A stretch of 64,000 nucleotides of DNA, from NCBI GenBank assembly GCA_028534125.1, contig CM052817.1:14138001-14202000 (forward strand). Reading direction: 5' to 3'. Origin of the DNA: Lama glama. Lineage: Eukaryota. The notes under the pieces were generated by a model. It searched no databases. It was given only the letters and a program-made list of their open reading frames with translations, and was not told the DNA's origin. Shown piece after piece: positions 37,983 to 50,029 of the stretch (positions are counted from its first letter, which is position 1; every line of letters begins with the position of its first letter). Made by a program: the position numbers and the translations under genes.

Positions 37983-38767
37983 TTTTGTTTTTTTAATTGA
38001 AGTACTATCAGTTACAATGTGTCAATTTCTGATGTACAGTACAATGTCCCAGTCATGCATATACATTTTCATTTTTTTATTAAACGTTATTACAAGATAT
38101 TGAACATAGTTCCCTGCGCTATACAGCAGAAACTTTTTTAAAGATCTATTTTTATACATAGTAGCCAAAATTTGTAAATCTCAAACTCCCAAATTTATCT
38201 CTTCCCACCCCCTTTCCCCAGTAACCGTAAGATTGTTTACTATGTCTGCAAGTCTGTTTCTGTTTTACAGATGAGTTCATAGTGTCTTTGTCTTTTTCTT
38301 TTTCTTTTCTTTTCTAGATTCCACATATGGGTGACATCATATGGTATTTTTCTTTCTCTTTCTGGTTTACTTGACTTAGAATGACGATCTCTAGGTCCAT
38401 CCATGTTGCTGCAAATGGCATTATTTTATTCTTTTTATGGCTGAGTAGTATTCCATTGTACAAATATACTACAACTTCTTTATCCAATCATCTGTCAATG
38501 GATATTTAGGTTGGTTTCATGCCTTGACTAGTGTATATAGTGCTGCTATGAACATTGGGGTACATGTATCTTTTAGAATTAGGGTTCCCTCCAGATATAT
38601 ACCCAGGAGTGGGATTGCTGGAGCATATGGTAAGTCTATTTTTAGTTTTTGAAAAATCTCCATACTGTTTTCCATAATGGCTACACCAAACTACATTCCC
38701 ACCAGCAGTGTAGGAGGGTTCCCTTTTCTCCTCACCCTCTCCAGCATTTATCACTTGTGGACTTTTG
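37983..38767 (-). mobile_element. Young L1, about 0.8 kb 3' portion (ORF2 end and 3' UTR)
   Basis: T-tail, 3' UTR with C-rich tract, and ccatccatgttgctgcaaatggcatt...ccaggagtgggattgctgg. Degenerate TSD taattcacttcc / taattcagtttc. Confidence 0.95.
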
Positions 38768-38884
38768 TAATTCAGTTTCTCGCTCTCCCCCCTCCAAAAA
38801 ATAAGTGGTGCCAAACAGATGATCTTTAACATTCATTCTTAATCTGGGATTGGATGACTCTATGACTCACATTGATTTATTTAC

Positions 38885-39251
38885 TGCTATAGACTGAATG
38901 TTTGTGTCCTCCCTGCAAATACTTGAATGTTATAACCTAAAGCACAACATGATGGTATTAGGTGGCAGGACTCTGGGGAGTGATTAGGTCATGAGAGTGG
39001 AGCCCTCATGAATGGGATCAGTGCCCTTGTAAAAGAGACCCCAGGGAGCTCTCCTGCCCTATCCACCATGTGTGGTCGGTGAGAAGGTGGCCTTCTATGA
39101 ACCAGAAAGCACGTTCTCACCAGACACTGAACCTACCAGCACCTTGATCTTGGACTTCCCAGCCCCTGGAACTGTCAGAAATAAATGTTTGTCATTGAAG
39201 CCACCCAATCTATGGTGTTTTTAAAAAATAGTATCCTGATGGTCTAAGACA
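38885..39251 (+). mobile_element. MLT1A0-like MaLR solo LTR
   Basis: tgctatagactgaatgtttgtgtcc...gtgattaggtcatgag...ccttgatcttggacttcccagcc...ctaagaca. Confidence 0.92.
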
Positions 39252-39890
39252 TTCACCTATCTTTAATTTGCTATAGGATTTTGCTAAAATTGTCAGTTGA
39301 ATATATATCATCTGACATGACCAAATAGTCACATTTCATATTTTAACAGCCAAAAAATTTAATCTTAAAATTTCAGTACCCAAATCTTTGGAAATAAAAT
39401 CATGTTTCATTAGATTCTTAGAAAATAATGAATAGTTTTTTCCCTCTGTTTATAAATAAAAGCGTAAACGCTGAAAACAAGCATTGTGTTTCAATAATTG
39501 AAGAGGAATGCTAAAGTAGAAGGCCTTCTTACGTTGTAAATTGAATGTCAACTTTCTTTTTCACCTCTTATTCATCCCACTTAATATGTTCTCTTACAGG
39601 CTTCAATTGACTAACATGCCAATTACTTCATTAAAACTTGCATGTTCTGAAACTGAGACTAGAGTTTCCCTCCTGCTTATTCCAAAGTTTCCTAACTTTG
39701 TGACAAAGTAACTGACAGAATGTGGCAATTAAGTCATGCTCACATTTGACAGGGCTCAATATATTTTTTTTAACCAAAATGATCTGAGGCTCCAAATTAT
39801 TATTGCAGCAAATCAACAGTGTTTTCAGGGACAAAATGAGTTTTAATGATCGTGGCTTTGTTGGTTCTCCTTTGCTAAGCACTTAAAATC

Positions 39891-39922
39891 ATGACGATGA
39901 TGATGATGATGATGATGATGAT
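39891..39922. repeat. (GAT)n microsatellite
   Basis: Directly visible. Confidence 0.95.
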
Positions 39923-40094
39923 AAAGATAAAAATAATATACATTAAACAATCTCTATGAAGCTGTACCTACTTACCTGCTCTGTACCTTCCACACCCATA
40001 AAATTCAGATAATTATAGTACCAGTCTCCACGGGGTGTTAAGTAAGTTAATAAATTGCCAAGGTTGCCACATAGGAGGGGCTACCAGGATGTCA

Positions 40095-40265
40095 GTTATT
40101 ACTGTTAATCCATTACTAAAATCTAGGGATTTTATCCCATTTGGGAAATTGTAGAAGCTGAAGCTTGGTAAGGTCAATAATGCTCCCAAGTTCATGCAGA
40201 AAGACAGCCATCCTGGAACCTGGATTTAAAACCCCATCCTCTGACCCCATGTGCTCTTGCCCTAA
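40095..40265 (-). mobile_element. MIR SINE (degenerate)
   Basis: ttatcccattt...gaagctgaagctt...cccaagttcatgcag...ggatttaaaaccc. Confidence 0.6.
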
Positions 40266-40688
40266 TTCAGAGCCTTTTCTCAGGGAAATGTGAGAAGCTA
40301 CCTGAGCCATCCACCCAGGGCATGAACTACCAGCAACCTTGACAAAGGAGGCTCTAAACAAAGGCTTGGCACTCTCCTTTAGTCAGTTTAAGCGTAAGAC
40401 AGATCAGTAGCTTTGACATGCCTTTCAGTGAGATGTCCTTAAAGCAAAACCTTCAAGCACTCCAAAGTCTAAATTGACAGAGGAAATAATGGGTATCATT
40501 GACAGTCAATACCCGACACTGAAAAATTACTGTCCCTGTGACACAGCCAATCATCACAATATCCAAATGTCAGTGTAGAAAGCCAAGAGATCATCGCTGT
40601 CAGATTCTGTTCACTCAGCCCTCTCTGTTTGGAATGAATAATTGATTGATGAGGCCAGCAAAGGCCTCTGACCCATAAATGAGGGGCT

Positions 40689-40880
40689 AAGGTTGACAGA
40701 TTTAGCAAACAAAAAAAATAAGCTGCCTAGTTAAATTCTATTTTCAGATAAACAACAAATGCTTTTTTAATACAAGTATGTTCCAAAGATTGCATGGGGC
40801 ATATTTATACTAAAACATCATTTACGAATGATGTGACATTCAAATTTAACAAGGTGTTCTGGATTTTACCTGGCAACCCC
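40689..40880 (+). mobile_element. MER53 palindromic hAT MITE
   Basis: aggttgacagatttagcaaa...agttaaattc...tttcagataaacaac...aagtatgttccaaagattgcatggggcatatttatactaaaa...ttcaaatttaac...ctggcaaccc; the element is largely self-complementary. Confidence 0.9.
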
Positions 40881-40960
40881 AGGAGGGCCCACTTTCAAAA
40901 GGTCCTTCCTTTCCAGGGTCGATTACCTAAGGAAGGAAGTCGTTATGGACTGAATATTTG

Positions 40961-41329
40961 TGTCCCCGCAAAAAGTCACATACTGAGGCTCTAAACCCTG
41001 ATATTGCGGTGTAGGGAGATGAAGCCTTTGGGAAATGACTAGGGTTAGATGATGTCAGGGGTGAGGGCCTCATGAGGAGATTAGTGCCCTAATAAGAGGA
41101 GACAGCAGAGAGCTAGCTTTCCTCCTGCAAACACAGAGAAGAGGCCATGTGAGCACACAGCGGGAGGGTGGCCTCTTGCAAGCCAAGAGAAGATGCTTCA
41201 AGAGAAGAAACTTTCCTGCAGCACCTTGATTTTGAACTTCCAAGCCTCCCAAACCGTGAGAAATAAATGTCTGTGTTTAATTCACCCAGTCTATGGTACT
41301 TCGTTACAACTCCTGAGCAGACTAAAAGA
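40961..41329 (+). mobile_element. MLT1A-like MaLR solo LTR
   Basis: gttatggactgaatatttgtgtcccc...attagtgccctaataagagg...gtgagaaataaatgtctgtgtttaa...gagcagactaa. Confidence 0.9.
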
Positions 41330-42137
41330 GAAGTACTAAGTACTTGGACTTAGCTAATCTCATCTCGGTCAAAGTCTTCACCAATGGTGGTACCAAGCTG
41401 TGCAGATAACCTTTCTCTGCCTAAACTTCTTGGGTCTTCAGAATGGCCAACCTTACAGGAACTAGGACCTGCATAAGGGGATTCATGCATGCTCCATTTT
41501 CCTGCCTCATTCAAAGCCTTTCCACAGCTTCCATATTTTTCCCATGTCTTTCCAAAACTGGGTTCTCTTTCCTTTCCCCTGGACCACACTCTTCCAGGTT
41601 CTAGACACTATTATATAGTGTCTTACAAATGGTCTTCACTTTTAAGTCCCACCAATACTGCATTAACTATATAAAGCCCTTTCCTACCCATCGTCAGCCC
41701 CCTTCTCTATTGCCCCTCGAATGTTGTTTTTAACCCCACAATGGGTTCAGGGATTCAGGCAGGACTGAATGCTATTACCCTAAGCTGGAGACTGAAGGCT
41801 GAATTCCAATTTTATTTTCCACTTCAGAAAAGGTTTGTTATAGAACTGTTGGAAAACGCATCCTAGATTTTCATATTTCTCAACCAGTTTTGTGTGCCAC
41901 CTCTAAAATCTCCACCTTTGTGAAATAAACTTTTCCAGTTGCTTTAGCCCACACCTATTCATCTAGACCTTTCAGGATTTTTATGCTTCAATCATTACTA
42001 GGCAGTCTGGCTCTTGCTAAGAAACTTAAGTTTTTTGTTTTTTGTTTTTTGTTTTTTTGCCTCCCATTCCTGACCTCTTTTTTCCCTCAGTCCCAAACTC
42101 ACTGTTCCTTCTTTCCCCCTTCTTTTCCCCCATCTCT

Positions 42138-42140
<3 letters not shown>

Positions 42141-42176
<36 letters not shown>
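42141..42176. repeat. (AC)18 microsatellite
   Basis: Directly visible. Confidence 0.97.
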
Positions 42177-42178
<2 letters not shown>

Positions 42179-44529
42179 ACTCTTACTTATTTTTCATTTA
42201 TCTTTAAGCATAATTAAGTCAGTGCTAAATATGTAGCAGTTACTCAATGTATCAGCTGTTGATTGTTTTCTGACAACATTAATCTGAGTTATGCTCAGTT
42301 ATTTCTGATTTTGTGAAATTATTTCTGAGTTCTACCCTTATTAATCTGAGAGGAAAACAAGAGAAAGAGTCTGCCTGGAAAAAAATGCAATTACTCTCAA
42401 GGAATTTCCTATGAAATATTTGCAAAAACATACTATAAAAAGAATTATGGTTTATGGAATTTACTTTAGGCCTCCTGTATGTTGATCTTCTCACTCCAAA
42501 GCTGATTTCATTTCAGTGCTTAGCTTTAAGAACAGGATAATTTGCTTGCCTGGATTACCGTTGAGTCTAATAAACGTTGGTCGTTAATAAAACTTTTTCA
42601 GAACATGATAATGGCTTAGGAAAAGTACATTTATATAGTAAAAGTTGAGACGAAATGGTTCTTGGGAGGAAAAGCTTTCAGAATTATGCAAAGAATGAAA
42701 TTTACTCAACTTTCAAAGATCCGATGGGAAAGAATATGTATGCAGTAATGCTTGTTTAACTGACTTGGGCTGAGCTTTTCCACCCAAAATAGATATATTT
42801 TACATAAGGATGCTGTATATTGGTTTATTATAAGTTGCATGGGCCTGGTTTCCTCTGTAAGTATTGCTCACTTTACTTCATTTCAAATTCATTATTAAAT
42901 GCATGGCTTCTTCGTGCTTTTTAAGAAAAAGATATTTCCCCAACGGATGCACTTTACTTCCTCTCAGCCTGCTTCTTCATCTCCAAAATTCTAAATTCTG
43001 ACTGTCAACCACAATTCAATGAGCTGAGAGTAGGTGTGTTCCTGGTCTGTGATTATCCAATGTCCTGTGCATACTGCTGTCCTGTTCAGTTGCAGTCATC
43101 ACTTTGCTTGGCTATATCCCCTGCAAAATCACGAGTGTCTCAAAAACATGGCCTGGTTGTTATTCCTCAATGTGTCTGAGTCCCAGCTTGATACACGGCC
43201 CAATATACAAACCAAGAAATGAATAGGAACTTTAAAATAAGCATGGAAGCCCAGGCACCCACAGGAATAGAGGCAGTAAAGTGGATGAGAGCAAAAGAAT
43301 CTCTGCAGACAAGTTTTGAAATTTCCATCGAAAACATTTCATTCCCTGTAAAGAAATATCATCTTGCAAATTTTGTAAGTGCCTGGCAGTTGATATCCTT
43401 GTAGGCTAACAATAGTTATATTTATCCCTGTTACTAATATTCACTGTGCTCCTATGTTTAAGGTAATTTCTAGCACAATAGAACAGAAGCAAATGTCTCC
43501 CTACCAATATAATGAGTCACACAAGAGTAACATCTTTAAGTAAACAGAAAATTCTACTATACCAAATCACCACTGAACTTGATGCTGTAATAATTACATT
43601 ATTACCCACTTACATTTGACTAGCACTTGCAAACTCACAGTACATTTTCATATAAACTATCTTATTTAAAAGGGCACACAGTTTTTAGTTATACAAGCAT
43701 TGCAGGAATATGTGCTCTTTGAGAAAACCTTAAGTACAGACTTATAAAAATTAAAAGATTCGAGTTCCACTTGACCTGAGGGAGTAAAATTTCACTTCCT
43801 CAATGCCTCCCCAACATATTAAGCAGGTTACAGGTCAGAAAACTAAGTGACTCAGGAGAGCTAAGATGCTAGAGGGCTTTATCAGGAGAGCCAGCCCCCG
43901 GAGTGGTGCAAAAGAGAAGCCTGGGCTAGAAATAGAGGATTTATTTTCAAGGAAGGTATATTGTATCAATAGTTGTCACAATGTGACTTTTGAGTTTAAG
44001 CACCCCAGAATAATAAATCAATGATCAGCTCTATCAGATGTAACTGATTGTACTGCATCACCAAGGGTAATATACAAGAAAATTATCTGGGGGAATTAAC
44101 TAGTCTAGTTTCATGGCTCTTTAAGGAAGCAATAATACTAACAACACTCAAAGCAACAAGAGGCTGTCAGTTGTAGGCAATTTAATGTGAATTGGTCTTA
44201 TTTGATGTCTTGCTAGAGTCCAATTCACTGCCAGTATTATTAGTCTAAATAAACCAGGGACACTATAGGGTTTTGCAACCACATCATAATTAGCAGAAAA
44301 TGCTAAGGTGCCCTTTTAGGAGACAATAAAATTGAATGGGAGTAGTGGTATCATGAGGAACTTAAAAAAAATAAACTCTTTTAAATTTGGAAACAACTGG
44401 ATACTTACAGAGAATTTAGAGAAAAACATTCCTGTTCTGGGTCCTGTCTGGCAGAGCACACACTATACTCGTGGGCAGTTACTACATGAAGGTTACTAAT
44501 GTTCCGATGTCAGAAAAAATACATATTTT

Positions 44530-45385
44530 AAATACCTTTCAAGCTCCCATCTTCTTCTCTAATCACCATATCCATCTTCCCACTGCTGAATCTTCATTAT
44601 AATTTGTACTGATTGCTTACCCTGTGCCAAGCACTGAACTTATTTCTCCTTCCCCTAACTCTGTTGGTTTAGTTTCAAATTTTCAAGTTTCTGGATCATT
44701 GCAATCATTTCCTTACTGAGGTCCCTCAAACCTCCCTGTTTGACATTGTGCTGTACACCAAAAATCGACACATTGTAACTGACTGTACTTCAATTACAAA
44801 AAAATTTTTTAAGAACCTCCCTCATGGCAGACTCAGTGATTAAGAAACAAACAAATATGACTGTAAACCTTTCCTATTTAAAATCCTTCAGTTATACCCT
44901 CTTCATTCACCCAGTAAACATCTGCTTCCTTACTAGGCTTCGTGTACCTGCAAGAAGGAGCCCAAATTTCTTGGCGTGGCTTCTACCTTTCAGAAATAAC
45001 AAATTCCTATGGTGCCCCGAACACAATGTGCTGTTTCACACTCACTTGTCTTTTTCCATGCAGCCTGTTCATTCTGAAATGTCTTCAGTCCCTAGTTCAC
45101 CTGGTGACTCTCTACCCAGCCTTCAAAGTGTGCTGTAATATTACCCTGTGAAGCCACCCTCGCTGTCTTCAGGGAGGTAAATGTGCTACTTCTGTGGCTC
45201 ATGAATTCTTCCCTTACTGCTCACAATACAAGGTATGCATTCGTCTGTCACATATCTGTCTCTCCTACCAAAACATGACCTTCCTAAAGGTACGAGCTTT
45301 ATTGTATTTATCTTCATAGCTCTAGAATTCAGTATAAAATCTGCCTTATATTAAACACTCAATAAGTATGTGTAGATTGAATAAG
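44530..45385 (+). mobile_element. L2 fragment (interrupted by a short L1 tail)
   Basis: Ends ...ttatcttcatagctctagaattc...acactcaataagtatgtgtagattgaat, with internal L2 landmarks. Confidence 0.65.
44738..44813 (+). mobile_element. Very short young L1 3' tail with a 9-bp TSD
   Basis: acattgtgctgtacaccaaaaatcgacacattgtaactgactgtacttcaat plus A-run; aacctccct at 44729-44737 and 44814-44822. Confidence 0.85.
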
Positions 45386-46074
45386 AGACAAGTTAACAAT
45401 TCAAATTTAAGCCATTGGATTACTGATATTTTTAACAACAACAAAAACCCCACAAACATGTCTGATGACGCCATTTCCCTTCAATTTTATATATTAGAAT
45501 CCCCCGATTCACTTTTATTATGCCTAGGAGAGCATTATCTACTTATTCTCTGTTTATTTAAATAATAATATTTTATTAATAATTGAGTAGTTATGTAAAC
45601 ATTAGCTAAGATGACCTATCAAATAGAGACTTTGCAAAGAAATTGTTTTCTTAGATTCAAGAGGTAAATCAAAAGTAACTGAAGATTTAAGATGTAAACT
45701 AGGGCATGTCTATACCATCATACAAGTTCTCTGAATGGAAAACTGGACGTAGTTTGTTCTAGAAACTCCTCATAAACTGACTTTTTCTATTCTCCTAATG
45801 CTAGTATTTCTTTAAACAGTTTTCACAATTCCACTGTGTGCAAAACCCTTTGCTACTCCCTCTCATAATGTCTCCTCAATTCGGGTCAGACCAGATCAAT
45901 TCAATTCTGTTCCTATGTTATGTACTCCCTGTATGCCATCGCCACGCTTTAGTTACCTACCAGCCTATACTTCAAACTTCACAAAGGCTCTTTTATCACA
46001 GACTCTTAACTCTCTCCTTATAAAAACCTTCTCTTTTCCTTTCAAGCAATTTCTCTTATTGAAACAAAGTGCTA

Positions 46075-46300
46075 TCCATTCAATAAGTATCTACCCAAGG
46101 GCTTTAAATGGGCCGGGCATCACGCTAAATCCAAGACGTACAAGTAGAGTAAGACAGAAATTCTGTTTTCATGGAGCTAATGGGAGCTAAAAGCTAAGGA
46201 GAGAGGCAGATAAGAAGATTCTCCAGTACATGAAGGTCAGGTAAGTGCCATAAGAAGGTTATCTAGAAAAGGTGGCAGAGTTCCAGAGCAAAGAGATATC
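46075..46300 (-). mobile_element. L2 fragment
   Basis: ccattcaataagtatctacc...gtaagacagaaa...tcatggagct. Confidence 0.6.
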
Positions 46301-46501
46301 AGTTAGATATTTTGCGAGCATCCTTAAAGAACGTCTAACTCAAGAGCTTCCATGAAAGCCCTAAAAACTGCCCTCATGGCACACATGATCCTTTACTGTG
46401 GCTATTGTTAGCACAACTTTTATGTCGATTTCTAAAGACTACATTCCTCCAGGAGACTGATTTAACATTCTGGGGGTTACAGACCTTTTAAAAAAATCTT
46501 A

Positions 46502-46695
46502 CACATAGTTATTTGATAACTTTATACCTCTCATTTTTAAAGCTCTTTCGTACAAGCTCCCTCACAAAAACCATCTGAAGTCGGAAGTTTATTATACCTA
46601 CTTGACATATGAGAAAACTAAGACTGAGTAGCCATGTAATTGGCCCATGTCTACCCAGCGAGTACATGGAGGATCTAGATTAAAATTAAGATATG
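46502..46695 (-). mobile_element. MIR SINE (probably resumes at about 47655-47700)
   Basis: attatacctacttgacatatgagaaaactaagactgag...aattggcccatgtctacccagcgagta. Confidence 0.75.
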
Positions 46696-46696
46696 G

Positions 46697-47130
46697 AAGA
46701 TATTTCTAACTCTTCCTAAAGATTTTTTTTTCTTCCTGGACACATGGCTGGGCTACACTTCCCAGCCTTCAGGCAGTTGGCTTTGGCTACGAAACTGAGT
46801 TCTAGCCAACGGTATACGAGTGAACACAGTAAGTGTCACTGTTGGGTCTCTCTGTGGTAACAATTTCCCACTTCTATTCCTCTGTAACCATTCCCTTTTC
46901 CAGAATGACGGAGATTAGACTCTTCCTGGACAAATTTGAGAGGCAAGTATTGAAGATGGCAAAATCACATTATTTGCTTGAGTCCTAGAATAACCACGTG
47001 TTAGAGTGTTACCCTGCTGACGTGAACACCTACTTTGATAACTAGGAGAGGGAGACATAAATCTCTTTGGATAAACATAACAATAAGGAAGGCTCTGTTT
47101 ACTACTAAAGATTAATTTACTTTAATGAGG
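46697..47130 (+). mobile_element. MLT1J-like MaLR solo LTR
   Basis: ttcttcctggacac...ctacacttcccagcct...actgagttctagccaac...ttgaagatggcaaaatcaca. Confidence 0.75.
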
Positions 47131-47138
47131 CACTAGGT

Positions 47139-47648
47139 CAGCATTTCTCACACATTTTAGTCACAGGAGCCCCTGACTCTGCCTTAAAAGTTATTGAGGA
47201 CTTTAAAGAGCTTTTGTTTATGTGGGCTTTATCAGTTGACATTTAGTGTATTAAAATTTAAACTGAGAATTTTAAAAGATACATATTATTTCAAAATAAT
47301 AATAATAAGCTTATTCTGTGTTCATGTAAGTATCTTTTTGAAAACGTAACTGTATTTTTCAAAATTAAAAAAAAAATTGTGAGAAGAATGACATTGTTTC
47401 ACATTTTTGCAACTAGTGTCTGGCTTAATGGAAGATAACTGGATTCTTGTACGCTTCTACATTTAATCTGTTATGATACCACACATCATGGGGCTTTTAG
47501 AGAAATGTGTGCACTCATTAGTGAATGGAAAAGAAAAGGGAAAATATCACTTGAGTGTTACTTTAAAAGTAGGTTTCACTTCTTGAACCACCTGAAAGCA
47601 TCTCCGGGGGCTGCATGCCCCTCACTGATCACATTCTAAGATTCACTG
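47139..47648 (+). mobile_element. hAT-Charlie element (MER119/Charlie4-like) with an 8-bp TSD
   Basis: Termini cagcatttctca...aagattcactg; TSD cactaggt (47131-47138) / cactagat (47649-47656); internal ttattgaggac...aaagagcttttgtttatgtggg. Confidence 0.85.
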
Positions 47649-47793
47649 CACTAGATTTCTGATACTAGCATCTCCAATTTCATTCATTATGCATTGCTCA
47701 ACAATCTTATGAAAGCTACAGACACTTTTCTCCAAAAAAAGTGAGCACAAGCAAACACTTTACATATAATTTTAATGGTTTCACAAACCCCAT

Positions 47794-48160
47794 GGACTAT
47801 AGACTGAATGTTTGTGCCCTGCCCCCCATTCATGTCAAAACCTACTCCCCCAAAGTGATTGTATTTGGAGATCCAGTCTTTGGGAGATGATTAGGTCATG
47901 AGAGTAAAGCCCTTATGGATGGGATTAGTGCCCTCAAAAAAGAGACCATCAAGAGATTGCTCACCACACCTTCGCCACTTGAGGCTACAGTGAGAAGACA
48001 GGTTCCATGAACCTGGAAGGGCTCTCGGCCAGACATGAAACCTGTGAGTGCATCGATCTTGAATTTCCAGGCTCCAGGACTGTGAGAAATAAATTCCAGT
48101 TGTTTATAAGCCACTCAGTCTATGGTATTTTTATCCCAGCCGACCCAGTAGACTGAAACA
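47794..48160 (+). mobile_element. MLT1A0-like MaLR solo LTR
   Basis: ctatagactgaatgtttgtg...tgattaggtcatgag...gactgtgagaaataaatt...ttgtttataagccactcagtctatggtatttt. Confidence 0.92.
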
Positions 48161-48289
48161 TCACAAGCCTCATTCAACGGGAGTTAAAAACTTTCTCCAG
48201 GGCAGATGCCATATCTTTTCTACTTTGTATCTCCTACAATACTGAGAACCACACACATTATATGATTGCAATAAATATACCCTAGAAAC

Positions 48290-48715
48290 AGAAAATGTTA
48301 GACTAGAAGGATCTTTGGATACCATGTTATTCAAATTCCTCATTTTTACATTCAGATTGTGCAAACCTGGGAAAGGTAAGTGACTCCCCTAAGGCCACCA
48401 CGAACGTTGATACATAAACAACGTAGAAATAAAGATACAGTCTTCAGAGTTATCACTCATCGTTTATACAGGTGAGAGTTATTTAAAAGCCTTGTGATAT
48501 AAAGCTATGCTTTCAAAAAGATAAAAAAAACACAAACAGATTTTTAGAATTCTAGAACTTCAGGAGACACAGAGGTGATCTACCTAAATTATCTCATTTG
48601 TAAGAAAAAGCTATAGGATCTCAGAGGGAGAAAATTACTTCTCTAAATTCACAAAGTGGTAAAGACCTGGTTTACCAACTCTGAATCAAGTGTCGTTACC
48701 ACTATATCATACTAC
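48290..48715 (-). mobile_element. Two degenerate MIR-family fragments (about 48290-48430 and 48545-48715)
   Basis: cctcattttac...aaaggtaagtgactcccctaaggccac and tctcatttgtaag...tctcagaggg. Confidence 0.55.
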
Positions 48716-50029
48716 CTTTAAAGTAATGCACACCTTGTAATAAATTAATGATTCCCATTTTGAAGCACATTGGTAAAACAGCAATCAGTGTGCTATATCC
48801 AAAAATAAAAATCAAAACTTCAGAATATACGATAGTCCAGGTTACAGATTTTATTCACTTTTATCTAGCTTCTCTAAAACCTTAGAAAGCTAAGGCTGAG
48901 AAAATTAGTAATCTAAAATTCCATCTTCTTTTGTCAAAGCAACATGACACACATATAAAGTTATTTTAAAATAAATTGTTCTGGCAAATGGGTACCTTGA
49001 CCCAACAAGGAGGTCACGGAATCCAGTGCCTCTTCATACTTCATCAAAACTTATTCAAATCACTGTAATAGATTTTCCGCTCATAGGAAATGAGCAAATG
49101 AATGGCAGCATCTCCTCTAATGGCAATTCTCGACATTCTTATTAAAGTTCTGTGTTAAGTGCCCAGATACATTAAATCAATCCATTGTTTTCCATCCACA
49201 CAGACAGCCCAGAGTTCTGGAAAAGAATGGAGGCTGAAAGGAAATCAATCACTGGACTGTGCTTCTTTTTAACACATTATGCTGTTGGTTAATTGGGTTT
49301 TAAAATAATCTGATATAAGTTTGGACTTGAATTCCAAGTCCTTGAAAGAAGTATTATCAAGAAATGAGAAAGTAATATTTTCCTTAAACTATTACTTGAA
49401 AATCTTCAAAAAAATGACTTATCCATAAGGATTTAATATATATGTATTTTTCCTACTTAAAAAGCTGTAAGGACCCAGACAGCACTAGAAAGTGAAACAT
49501 GTACATTTTACTTAGACACCTGCTGTGGGGTCCACACTTTCCTGCTGAGCAGCAGACAATGAGATGCAACACTAACATTCTCTTTGAAACTCTCCAGGGT
49601 CTGCTTAAGAGCTCCCTCTGTGCGGGTAGAAAGTTTACCTAAGAACCCCAAAAGGTGCATAACCTCAGTCATGTCTTTAGAAAAGATCTTACTTTTTCTT
49701 CCAGCAGAAGCTGGATAGCAAAGAGAAAACTAATTTCTTCATGATGGGCCAATAACAAAATGTATAATGGGGACCATTATACATGGGTCCAAAGCAAAAG
49801 CTACAAACTGTTTAACACAAAGCAATAGCAATCAAGATATTTGATAAAGTTGTGAATCCAGGCCAGTCACTGATTTATGACATCACTTTCGTACAAACAC
49901 AATAATCAGTAACTATCTTTGTGTATGATATATAGTGACTGACACATGGGAAGCATCTAATAAGAGTTGCTGTCATTAGTATTTTGTTATTGTTCCTGGG
50001 AGTGGCAGTAAGAGGGGGGCAAACTTGTA

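Larger units (their letters stand above)
46450..48200. mobile_element. hAT-Charlie MITE (MER103C-like) split into pieces at about 46450-46501, 47703-47793 and 48161-48200
   Basis: gggggttacagaccttt...aatctta | aatcttatgaaagctacagac...tttcacaaacccc | ...gagttaaaaac join into one Charlie-type MITE. Confidence 0.55.

Noticed and set aside
38506..38832. 108-aa ORF
   Set aside because: Read-through of the truncated L1 ORF2 end region; not an independent gene.
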